From assembly GCA_951813565.1 (NCBI GenBank), contig OX638351.1:5088001-5152000 (forward strand): a stretch of DNA of 64,000 bases. Reading direction: 5' to 3'. The notes under the pieces are model-generated. The model saw nothing but the letters and a program-made list of their open reading frames with translations. It made no database searches and was not told the origin of the DNA. A program made the translations under genes and the position numbers. Within the stretch, counting starts at the first letter, position 1, and the number at the start of each line of letters is the position of its first letter. Below are positions 51,010-60,083 of this stretch, in pieces. The stretch is from an uncultured Poribacteria bacterium (GTDB lineage Bacteria; Poribacteria; WGA-4E; WGA-3G).

Positions 51010-51813
51010 TTATCCCCATCTTTGTTCAGGTGGATCGAAGACAAAACCGTGAAAAAACTTCCGTTGTGCAGGTGAGAGTTGTGAGTTATAAAAGGCTTTC
51101 GGATACCCCCAATGCTCCTGTGAAGCAATCATCCACGGATGTTCATAGGCGTAATAGAGCATTTCACGACATCCTTCCGGCTTTGTAAAGATACCCGCGG
51201 AGTGCCAAAGCGCGTTATGAAACAGAATCGCGCTTCCCGCTGGCGCACAGACTTCCAACGTGCCAGGGTATTGATATGGATACCGAAGGTCTTCGTGGTT
51301 CGGGTCATGCATGGATTTGTGGCTGCCCGGTATGAGCCATAGATTGCCTTGTCCACCTTCCGTCATATCTGTTAGATAGTAACCGACTTTGAGTTGTAAA
51401 AATGGTATCGGGCGCAAGTTACGATAGCCGTTATCGTGTCCATCAATGTGCCATCCCATCGGACGGTCCATAAGTTCCGCACCGTGTTCAACTATAGCAT
51501 CGGATGCGTGGTGGTGTGGCATCTCATTAAGCAAACCTGTGACGTAAGGCAGCATCGGTTGCCAATCCAGCAGTTCTAAGAATAATGGATGATCGCCAAG
51601 AATATAGAAAATACGGGTACTTTTCTCTCCGTGGATATGTGTCATTCCTGTTTGCGGTAAACCTTTTGCTTCACATTCCCGGCGTTTCTCCATAGATTCA
51701 GCAAGCGCGTTTCTGAGGGCTGCGATATGTGGCCGCTCAAGAAAATGATCTAACACTAAATAACCATTATTTTCAAAAAAGAATCGTTGTGCATCAGTTA
51801 ATTCATGTGTCAT
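51010..51813 (-). CDS. PhyH family dioxygenase
   Basis: WHID, LIPGSH, LWHSA. Confidence 0.9.
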   Translation of the reverse strand: MTHELTDAQRFFFENNGYLVLDHFLERPHIAALRNALAESMEKRRECEAKGLPQTGMTHIHGEKSTRIFYILGDHPLFLELLDWQPMLPYVTGLLNEMPHHHASDAIVEHGAELMDRPMGWHIDGHDNGYRNLRPIPFLQLKVGYYLTDMTEGGQGNLWLIPGSHKSMHDPNHEDLRYPYQYPGTLEVCAPAGSAILFHNALWHSAGIFTKPEGCREMLYYAYEHPWMIASQEHWGYPKAFYNSQLSPAQRKFFHGFVFDPPEQRWG

Positions 51814-52001
51814 ATTACCATCCTTCCTACCGTAATCCTCTGTAGCGCGCTGAGTGCCGAACGCGCATTTGGTGTTGATTTAAATTATAATACGCAGCGT
51901 TTGTAGTCGCGCAATTTATTGTGCCTCTTCGGGTTTAGTTACGGCACGCGGAGCGTGCCTACTACTTTTAAGAACCATTTGAATCGGTTATTGGTATATA
52001 A

Positions 52002-52973
52002 TCAGATTAAATCAAACAATTTTGCAGCGTTTTCTCCGAAAATACGCGCGCGGGCGCTATCGGGAATGTCCATTTCTTCAATTAAATCCACGAATCGCGG
52101 CATATCAACCCACGGGTGGTCTGTGCCGAATAGTAAACGATGCTCACCAACAAACTGATATGCATAGTGCAGTGCTTGTAATGATGGCGATACAGTATCC
52201 AAATAGATACGATGCAGATAAGCACTCGGCGGTTGTGTAATATGCTCCCTCGCTCTGCCCAAGACTTCGGTTTGATGGTCAATACGACCGCTCATATAGG
52301 GTAAAATGCCTCCTACGTGTGGCATTACAAGTTGTAAGTTTGGATGACGTTCAAGAATCCCGCTCAAAATCAATCGTAACAACGCGAAACTATTATCTAC
52401 CTGTAATCCCATCATACCGATCATCCAGTGGTCTTTGATTGCCTTACCCCAAGTTGGCACTGTGGGATGCATCACAATCGGCATCAGCAGTGCTTCGGCA
52501 TGCGTATAAACCTGTTCAAAGTGCGGCGTATCAACCGGTTTGCCACCGATATGTGAATAGAGCATTATCCCGCGAAATCCCAACTCCTTTACTCTATTCA
52601 TTTCTGTGATTGCCTCATCAGGATTTTGCCACGGAAGGCATGCTAACCCTGAAAATCGATTTGGATATGTGTCCACAAGTTCTGCGATAGCGTTGTTAAT
52701 CGCTTGCGCGCCTTTATTTCCAAGTTCAGGTGAAAGCATGCATGGGGGTGGTATGTTGGTACTGATCAGTGCCATGTCTACACCTGCTGTGTCCATATCC
52801 TTGAGTTTACGTTTTGGGTCGTAAACCTCGTCTTGTAGGCGAAATTTTTGGACATCGCCATAAGTAACGATAGCCTCATTGCCGTGGCGAATTACCTGTG
52901 GAGGATGCGGGTTTTGCGCAAGGATTTCAATATAGGATTTTGGGAATATGTGGCTTTGGCAATCGATTCGCAT
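52002..52973 (-). CDS. Amidohydrolase-2 family protein (ACMSD-like)
   Basis: IDCQSH, MHP, PHVGG, LFGTDHP. Confidence 0.9.
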   Translation of the reverse strand: MRIDCQSHIFPKSYIEILAQNPHPPQVIRHGNEAIVTYGDVQKFRLQDEVYDPKRKLKDMDTAGVDMALISTNIPPPCMLSPELGNKGAQAINNAIAELVDTYPNRFSGLACLPWQNPDEAITEMNRVKELGFRGIMLYSHIGGKPVDTPHFEQVYTHAEALLMPIVMHPTVPTWGKAIKDHWMIGMMGLQVDNSFALLRLILSGILERHPNLQLVMPHVGGILPYMSGRIDHQTEVLGRAREHITQPPSAYLHRIYLDTVSPSLQALHYAYQFVGEHRLLFGTDHPWVDMPRFVDLIEEMDIPDSARARIFGENAAKLFDLI

Positions 52974-53058
52974 TTTTCAAGTCAATGTTCATTTTTGTAT
53001 GTCTCTTAGTATGCCATGTGTAGTCTTTTTTTTCAAGATGTCTTTGCCAAATAGCAAG

Positions 53059-53169
53059 GCTATTTAGTTTTAAGAATTTTATCCAATTTAGCCGCAAAGT
53101 CGCGATTCGGAGATCGCTCCTACAGCGAAGAGTCTAAATCAGATCCAGATTGTTGGAAAACTAAATAGC
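53059..53169. mobile_element. Small TIR element with a central REP
   Basis: GCTATTTAGTTTT / AAAACTAAATAGC ends; internal GTCGCGATTCGGAGATCGCTCCTAC. Confidence 0.6.
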
Positions 53170-53309
53170 TTGCTTTATATTCCAAGTTGAATTGAATCTT
53201 AAGACAGAATTTGATATAATCATATAAATTTGCACACATGTTTGTTTACCAAATGCGACAACGGGCAAACGCCCAAAAAAAATCACTATGACCAAAAGGA
53301 GATACACCT

Positions 53310-54089
53310 ATGAATACCAAGCAAAAACTACTTTACATGTTTATTGGATGTGTATTTACACTTGCAGGATACTTCCTCGCATCACTTACAAATCACCAAC
53401 CACAAAACGCACACGCACAAGAAAACACAAACAAAGTCTTTGATAAAATCGTTTGTAAAGAATTAGAGGTTGTCAATGATACAGGAAAAAAGTTATTACG
53501 AATGGGAGAAGCAGATGGGGGAAGTGGATTTATTTTAGTCTATAACAAAGAGGAGATGGCAGTAGTTGGAATGGATGGTATTGATAACGGAGGAGGGGCT
53601 ATAGTTATCGGGAACAAAGAAGGAAAAATAACAGTAGCAATGCGTTCAAAAACCTTTTTGGGAGGCGGGGGTGAAATTGAAGTCAAAAACTTTGATGGAA
53701 ATAGAGGTGCTACAATAAGCGTTGATGGCGGCAGCGGGGTAATACAAGTCTATGACTGCATCAAAGGGGTAAGACGGGTAGGCATTTGGGGGAAAGCGGA
53801 TGTTGGAGACGCTGGAATGGTAGCCGTCTACGGTAATAATCAAAGAAACCCAGTTGTTGTAATGCGGAAATCCATAGTGAGTGGTGGTGGCATAATAACG
53901 GTCGCAAATGAAGGAAATAAAGTCGCTGCTACAATGGGGGCAGATGTAGATGGAAGAGGCTATACTGTAGTTTCCAACAAAGAAGGCAAAAGTCTTGTTT
54001 TCATTGGCGCAGAAGATGACCGTCCAAACGATGGTCTTATCAACGTCTACAACCATAAAGGAGAATGGCGTTCAATCAGTAAAGACTGA
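53310..54089 (+). CDS. Secreted or membrane-anchored Gly-rich beta-repeat hypothetical protein
   Basis: N-terminal TM segment; repeats of G-x-I-x-V-x-N-K-E-G-K. Confidence 0.7.
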   Translation: MNTKQKLLYMFIGCVFTLAGYFLASLTNHQPQNAHAQENTNKVFDKIVCKELEVVNDTGKKLLRMGEADGGSGFILVYNKEEMAVVGMDGIDNGGGAIVIGNKEGKITVAMRSKTFLGGGGEIEVKNFDGNRGATISVDGGSGVIQVYDCIKGVRRVGIWGKADVGDAGMVAVYGNNQRNPVVVMRKSIVSGGGIITVANEGNKVAATMGADVDGRGYTVVSNKEGKSLVFIGAEDDRPNDGLINVYNHKGEWRSISKD

Positions 54090-54104
54090 TTGTTCCAAAC
54101 AATA

Positions 54105-54554
54105 ATGCAACCAGAACAAACTAAGGAAAAGCAATTAAAATCTTATGTAAAGAAGAACTGCTATAAGTTTTTTGGTGAAGAATTTAATCTTGTAAAAGAG
54201 TATAATCTTAATGGTCAGAAGGTTGATCTGAAGGGAACGGATGCCGAGGGTAGAACTGTTCTCGTTGAGGTAAAAGCTGATACTACGAAGCAACCCAGTG
54301 ATGCTCTTCATGAAGTTGTAGGGCAAATATTAAATTATGCTGTTAAGTATATGAAACTTGAAAAAACTGTTGATTTGAAAGATCACGCGAAACACTTGCG
54401 CTTATTCATCGTTCAAGAGCAACCTAAAGAGGAATACCGAAAAGCACTAAAAGATGTGCTTAACTTTTTACGTATGCATGGTATTGATATAAAACCTATC
54501 TTTGTAGATGATACCTATCTTCACGACTTGTGCCAGTTAACTAATTGTTTTTGA
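54105..54554 (+). CDS. PD-(D/E)XK nuclease, NucS C-terminal-like
   Basis: KEY...VDLKGTD...VLVEVK...VGQILNY. Confidence 0.7.
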   Translation: MQPEQTKEKQLKSYVKKNCYKFFGEEFNLVKEYNLNGQKVDLKGTDAEGRTVLVEVKADTTKQPSDALHEVVGQILNYAVKYMKLEKTVDLKDHAKHLRLFIVQEQPKEEYRKALKDVLNFLRMHGIDIKPIFVDDTYLHDLCQLTNCF

Positions 54555-54745
54555 TGTTTTCACAGATATTAGGTTTTATCCTATACACATATCGTCCCTA
54601 CGGGACTAAAGAAGTTTTGAATGACGTTTTCTATAAACATATCGTCCCTACGGGACTAAAGAGCATATCTATCAATGGGAAAACTCGCTGAATATTGGAC
54701 CTATGTGAAACAATGTTGTACAATAAGTTATTTAGCACAAGGCGT
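54523..54745. mobile_element. MITE family G copy overlapping the nuclease 3' end
   Basis: ACGACTTGTGCCAGTTAAC ... GTTATTTAGCACAAGGCGT; two CATATCGTCCCTACGGGACTAAAG units. Confidence 0.7.
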
Positions 54746-54750
54746 AAACG

Positions 54751-57700
54751 CTACATACTGCTATTTGGACTCCACTTTATCATATAATCAGGGGGCATCT
54801 CATAAATGAACATAGACGCAGAACGCTCACGGTCACCATAACGATAGATAGTGGAAGATAGATAAAGTTGATCCTGTGCACGCGTCATCCCAACATAGAA
54901 CAGACGGCGTTCCTCCTCAATCTCCTCTTGTGTTATGTCTCGTTTCCACATTGGAAAACTTCCCTCCTCCATACCGATGATGACAACAACCGGAAATTCT
55001 GTGCCTTTTGCAGCGTGCAACGTCATTAATGTGACTTGTTCAGTGTTATCATTCATTTCATCAAAATTAGTAAGCAATTTCTGATAATCCAAGAAGTCGG
55101 AAAGGCTTTTGCCATCACTGACTTTATCAAATTTTAACAATAGATTTCGGAACTTTGATCTGGCTTCTATCCATTCTGTATCTTCTCGGAAAATTGGCAC
55201 ATCGGATTGCTGCAACTGATTGATGAATTCTTCAGCTTGTTCTTTCTCTGTGAAGTCAAAGGGAAGGTCGTCAGGGAGAGTAGAATGATGCGCTTTGACA
55301 AACCGCTTTGCAGCATTCAGGAATGCGCTTATTTCTGTCAAAGTATCTCGTTTGTCAGGGACATCTGTTTTGGAAAGGATACCAACGCCAACGAGCGGTA
55401 GAAATTCTGTGAGCGATTTTACTTCTCGTTTCTGTAAATCAATCCTTATCAATTCTTTAAAGATTTGTCTATTGGTTTCAACATCTTCCATTGCTCTGTG
55501 CAAACGTCCATGTTCAATTCCAAATTTCTCAGCGAGTGCATCAATTCCACGTCGCTGCCGTGGAAGAAGTTTGCGCGCCGTAACAAGTGTATCGTAATAC
55601 GGGTTTGTTAAATTAATCTTCAGATAATCCTGTAAGTCACGTTCAAGAATCGGATTATCATACCGAGCCACATTATGTCCTATTAGGATGCGATCTTGGA
55701 TGAAACTACAAAATTCGGGCAGAACTATTTCAATACTCGGCTCATCTTTGACATCTTCTGTACTAATTCCGTGAACACGTGTGACCGCTGGTGGAATGTA
55801 TCCGCCAGGTGGTTTTACCAATCTTTCAAAACTTTCTATTTCATTACCGATTACATTGAGACGTTTCGCGGCGATTTCAACAATGTTAGCATTCTTCGGA
55901 TTGATACCTGTCGTTTCCAAATCGTAGATAACCATATCCGCCATGTTTGGTGTTTCAAAACGGCTCAAAAGACGTTGGCATAGCTTTAGCGCAGTGATGC
56001 TCTGAACCGTATTGGATCCGAGTTGAATAACATCGGACTGTCCAGAAGTGGTTGTCCCAATAAGAATTGTTCGTGTTTCCGTCCCCATTTTCCCAAGTTC
56101 GCCGAAATCCCCAATAAGTAGATTGACAGTGTTTTCGTTTAGTATCTGGTCACTTCCGATGGCACTTTTAGGCTGAGATTCCTGGTCCTCAGATTTTAAT
56201 TCTTTAGGCAAAAATTGGATTTGCACGTTCTGATTCAGATAGGTTTTAAGCGTCTCTCGGATAATATACGCTGCACAGTACGCATCAATCCCATAACTTG
56301 CTGTAATCTGAATAGGTTGACCACGGTCAAGCGCACTATAAAGCACATCCTGCGCTAACCCTAAATTTGACATATCAGCTTGGTTTTCAATAACCGACAA
56401 TTCTTTAGCACGGTAGGGGGAACGGAAAAGCTCTAATCGTGCAAAGAGTTTTTGCACGATTTTATCAATTGTTTCAGCTTCAATATCGTCCACTAATGCT
56501 TCAAATTGCTCCCAGAATCGGCGGATATTTCGGCGTGTTAAGGGTCCGACATCCTCTGGATAGTCTTCAATATTCTTCAAGAGTTCTGCCAGCGTCAACT
56601 CTTTTCGTTGTGCTAACCATTTGAGGCGAACCCATGTCAAATCGTCAATCCGTTTCTCAGGAAAATTGATGGCGTATTCAAGGTCGCGCCGGAGCTGCCA
56701 TTGGACAAAACAGAGATAGGAGAGGATACCTTTAAGATTTTCATCATCAAAGGAATTGGTAGCTCTAATCCGCTGAAATTCAATACCGGTTCGTAATAAC
56801 TCTTCTTCCAAAACATCTGCGAGTCTATGTGTCCGATAAAAAATTGCAATATCACGATAAGAGAAGTTGCGTTGTTTTACCAGGTTTCGGATGATCTTGA
56901 TGATGGAGCGTGCTTCTTCAGTGGGAGTAGTGAATGTATAGTGAAAGATATTTCGCCCTTCATCCTTGTGGGTTATGAGGGTGTGCTGTTTTTGCCGCAC
57001 CGGATTTTTTGCGATTACCTCCTCAGCAGCGCGTAGGATCGTCTCACTACACCGATAGTGTTCGTCTAATTCAACGGTTTGCGGTGTGAAATCATCTAAG
57101 AAATTCTTAATATACTGCGGATTCGACCCGCGCCAACTGTAGATAGATTGATCTGCATCCGCCACAACCATCAAATTATGTTCTGGAGCAGCACAAAGCA
57201 GTTGTAGGAGACGATATTGGACTCTGTTCACATCGTGATATTCGTCTACAAGGATATGAGATATTTGCTGATGATATTCCTGCTGCACCTCTGAAACCTG
57301 TTCAAACAGCGTAACAGTTTTTATGAGGAGGTCGTCAAAATCGAGGGCATTGTATTCGGCGAGTTTATGCTGATAAGTTGTGAACGCATTTTTAACATTC
57401 ATTTCCACATCCGGATTGTCTATTTCAACGAGAACATCTGGATCTATAAATAGGTCATCCGTTTCGTTTCCAAGTTTGCATTTTGCATCGCTGATGATAT
57501 TCCGTAGTCGCCATGGCGGGTAGTTGTCCGAATTTAGATTGAGTTCATTGACGACTTCCAATAATATTTCGTCTTGGATTTCCTGATCGAAGATAGCAAA
57601 GTTTTCACTCAATCCAATATGGTGGGCATGCTCTCGAAGAACTTTAACACAAAAAGCATGAAAAGTATTGACTTTAATGTTAGAACCGTGTGGTTCACCG

Positions 57701-57924
57701 ATTTCGTTGTTGACGCGTTCGCGCATCTCTTGTGCGGCTTTATTGGTAAAGGTGATCGCAAGGATGCTTTCCGGTTTGATTCCATGCTGGCGAATTAGGT
57801 AGGCGATGCGGTGGGTGATGACTTTTGTCTTGCCGGTGCCGGGGCCCGCAATTACAAGCACGGGACCGTTGTTATGGATTACTGCCTCCACCTGTTTTTC
57901 ATTCAAATCATGGAGAATGTTCAT
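54751..57924 (-). CDS. UvrD/PcrA-like SF1 helicase with inserted RecJ-like remnant and DEDDh 3'-5' exonuclease
   Basis: AGPGTGKT, TFTNKAA, LVDEYHD, DQSIYSWRG, TLHAAKGTEF, EERRLFYVGMTRA; insert has YDLETTG, GHNVARYD, HRAMED. Confidence 0.9.
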   Translation of the reverse strand: MNILHDLNEKQVEAVIHNNGPVLVIAGPGTGKTKVITHRIAYLIRQHGIKPESILAITFTNKAAQEMRERVNNEIGEPHGSNIKVNTFHAFCVKVLREHAHHIGLSENFAIFDQEIQDEILLEVVNELNLNSDNYPPWRLRNIISDAKCKLGNETDDLFIDPDVLVEIDNPDVEMNVKNAFTTYQHKLAEYNALDFDDLLIKTVTLFEQVSEVQQEYHQQISHILVDEYHDVNRVQYRLLQLLCAAPEHNLMVVADADQSIYSWRGSNPQYIKNFLDDFTPQTVELDEHYRCSETILRAAEEVIAKNPVRQKQHTLITHKDEGRNIFHYTFTTPTEEARSIIKIIRNLVKQRNFSYRDIAIFYRTHRLADVLEEELLRTGIEFQRIRATNSFDDENLKGILSYLCFVQWQLRRDLEYAINFPEKRIDDLTWVRLKWLAQRKELTLAELLKNIEDYPEDVGPLTRRNIRRFWEQFEALVDDIEAETIDKIVQKLFARLELFRSPYRAKELSVIENQADMSNLGLAQDVLYSALDRGQPIQITASYGIDAYCAAYIIRETLKTYLNQNVQIQFLPKELKSEDQESQPKSAIGSDQILNENTVNLLIGDFGELGKMGTETRTILIGTTTSGQSDVIQLGSNTVQSITALKLCQRLLSRFETPNMADMVIYDLETTGINPKNANIVEIAAKRLNVIGNEIESFERLVKPPGGYIPPAVTRVHGISTEDVKDEPSIEIVLPEFCSFIQDRILIGHNVARYDNPILERDLQDYLKINLTNPYYDTLVTARKLLPRQRRGIDALAEKFGIEHGRLHRAMEDVETNRQIFKELIRIDLQKREVKSLTEFLPLVGVGILSKTDVPDKRDTLTEISAFLNAAKRFVKAHHSTLPDDLPFDFTEKEQAEEFINQLQQSDVPIFREDTEWIEARSKFRNLLLKFDKVSDGKSLSDFLDYQKLLTNFDEMNDNTEQVTLMTLHAAKGTEFPVVVIIGMEEGSFPMWKRDITQEEIEEERRLFYVGMTRAQDQLYLSSTIYRYGDRERSASMFIYEMPPDYMIKWSPNSSM

Positions 57925-58080
57925 TTCTATCGCCTCTGTTTTCTTAAGACAAATTATGTTGTTTTTTAAATTTTATGCCACAATATTACATAAGGGTAAA
58001 ATCCACCTGCACGGGAGTTTAGTATATCTAATTTAACACAAAAATACAAGCATTTTGTCAATAAACTTGAGTTAAAATAC

Positions 58081-58110
58081 TTGACGAATCACAAATATAT
58101 ATGCTATACT
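58081..58110 (+). promoter_or_regulatory. Sigma70-like promoter of the LamG gene pair
   Basis: TTGACG-18-TATACT with extended TG. Confidence 0.55.
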
Positions 58111-58193
58111 TGCTGGTAATCTCAAAATGTCTGTAGCGAAGCAATACCAATATGAGATAGTTCTCAGAATAGAAATTCAGCTTAGGAGGGCAA

Positions 58194-59033
58194 ATGAAGA
58201 ATTTGATAAGAATTGGCATAGCAGTGCTTATTGCATTCTGCTGGATAATTGGCACAAGTTCTGCCGCTATAAATCCGGTTTCAGTCTGCTGGGTAATTGG
58301 CACGAGTAATGGTGCAATTGATCCGGACAATATCATGGGTATGTGGCTCTTTAATGAAGGGTCTGGTAATACTGCCAAAGATTCGTCAGGTAACAAGAAT
58401 GACGGTAAAATCAACGGTGGTGTTAAATGGGTAGAAGGAAAGTTTGGAAAAGCACTTGAATTTAATGGGTCCGACGGTTGGGTTGAAGTTTCGCATTCAA
58501 ACACTGTCGGGTTTAAAAAAGGCGTTTCCTTCACGATTACCGTCCATTTTAAAGGCACAAAAGTTGGCGGTTCGCTTGTCGGCAAAAACTACGAGGATAC
58601 ATCGCAAGCACTTCCATGGTATCTGCTTTGGAACGGTGGTGGGGACAACAAAGTAACACTTTACCTGCGAAATTCTGCTTCAACAAGTTTTAGGGCAGAT
58701 AGCACAAGCGAAATTGGTGATGACGAGTGGCACTTTGTTGTTGGTAGAGCAGATGCGAGCTCCGGGAAGGCCTCAATATGGATAGATGGTGAGATGGAAG
58801 CCGAAGTTGATTTTGATAAAAATGATGGATATGGTACAAGTGACGGTGTGCTCCATATTGCACGGCACTTCGACCGTTACACTGCTGGGATCATTGACGA
58901 TGTTGCGCTCTTCAATGTCGCCTTAAGTGAAGACGATATGGAAGCTCTCATGAACAATGGTGTTGAAGAAGCTGCCGCCGTTGAACCTGCGAATAAATTG
59001 ACAACAAAGTGGGCAAAAATCAAACGTCAATAG
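58194..59033 (+). CDS. Secreted LamG-like jellyroll protein
   Basis: GMWLFNEG, GKFGKALEF, GIIDDVALFN; tail AVEPANKLTTKWAKIK. Confidence 0.9.
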   Translation: MKNLIRIGIAVLIAFCWIIGTSSAAINPVSVCWVIGTSNGAIDPDNIMGMWLFNEGSGNTAKDSSGNKNDGKINGGVKWVEGKFGKALEFNGSDGWVEVSHSNTVGFKKGVSFTITVHFKGTKVGGSLVGKNYEDTSQALPWYLLWNGGGDNKVTLYLRNSASTSFRADSTSEIGDDEWHFVVGRADASSGKASIWIDGEMEAEVDFDKNDGYGTSDGVLHIARHFDRYTAGIIDDVALFNVALSEDDMEALMNNGVEEAAAVEPANKLTTKWAKIKRQ

Positions 59034-59054
59034 TTAAAATAAGGAGAAATATTA

Positions 59055-59861
59055 ATGTTATTACCTAAAAGTGTGGGAATTACGTTTGCAATTCTGGTTG
59101 GTGCTTTTTTGTTGATTGCACTGCCCGGCTACGCTGAGTTTGGCTTTGAGAATATCACGGGGATGTGGCTTTTTGACGAAGGTGAAGGCACAGTTGTAAC
59201 GGACTCATCAAACGAAGATAATGAAGGTCAAATACACGGCGCGAAGTGGGTAGATGGTAAATTCGGCCAAGCACTTGAATTTGATGGGACAGACGATTGG
59301 GTTGAAATTCCACACTCCGACAGTGTTGGGTTTGAAGCAGGAACATCATTCACCTTGACACTGCATTACAAAGGCACCGCGGTTGGTGGTTCGCTTGCGG
59401 GCAAAAACTATGAAGATAAATCGCAAGTTTTACCTTGGTATATGCTTTGGAACGGTGGCGGTGATAAAAAGATAACCTTCTTTTTACGGGATGCTGCTGG
59501 AACGAGTTATAGACCACAAAGCACATCCGATATCGCTGATGACAATTGGCATTTTATTGCTGGCATAGCAAACACTGACACAGGCAAGGCGAGTTTGTGG
59601 GTAGATGGTAAAATGGAAGCCGAAATTGATTTTGACACTGACAGCGGATATGGCAATAGCGAAGGTGTTTTTCATATCGGACGACATTTTGACCGTTATA
59701 CCGCTGGCATCATTGACGATATAGCGCTCTTTAATGTTGCTTTAGATGAAAGTGATTTGCAGTCAATTATGAACGACGGTCTTATGACTCTCACGGCTGT
59801 TGAAGCTGCTGGTAAACTTACAACGACGTGGGGCAGCGTTAAACAGCGTATCGCACGATAG
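59055..59861 (+). CDS. Secreted LamG-like jellyroll protein (tandem paralogue)
   Basis: Highly similar to the upstream gene; tail AVEAAGKLTTTWGSVK. Confidence 0.9.
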   Translation: MLLPKSVGITFAILVGAFLLIALPGYAEFGFENITGMWLFDEGEGTVVTDSSNEDNEGQIHGAKWVDGKFGQALEFDGTDDWVEIPHSDSVGFEAGTSFTLTLHYKGTAVGGSLAGKNYEDKSQVLPWYMLWNGGGDKKITFFLRDAAGTSYRPQSTSDIADDNWHFIAGIANTDTGKASLWVDGKMEAEIDFDTDSGYGNSEGVFHIGRHFDRYTAGIIDDIALFNVALDESDLQSIMNDGLMTLTAVEAAGKLTTTWGSVKQRIAR

Positions 59862-59934
59862 ATCTCAAAAATGGATGGGAATTTGACGTGAATAAACGTT
59901 TTAGTGAAAAACGTGCTAAAAAGCAGGTTTACAT

Positions 59935-60049
59935 TATACCATTTCTCAAAAATGTTGTCGCATTATCTGGTTGTATGGAATGCGGTGGAATACGGCACAA
60001 ACTAAAAGTTTGTGCTACATAAGAGAGATATATTATCAGAAATGGTATT
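59935..60049. mobile_element. Small element with family F-type ends
   Basis: ATACCATTTCT / AGAAATGGTAT ends; internal GCACAAACTAAAAGTTTGTGCTAC palindrome. Confidence 0.55.
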
Positions 60050-60083
60050 ACTATGTTTGCATCAGATTCCTAATAAAAAATAA

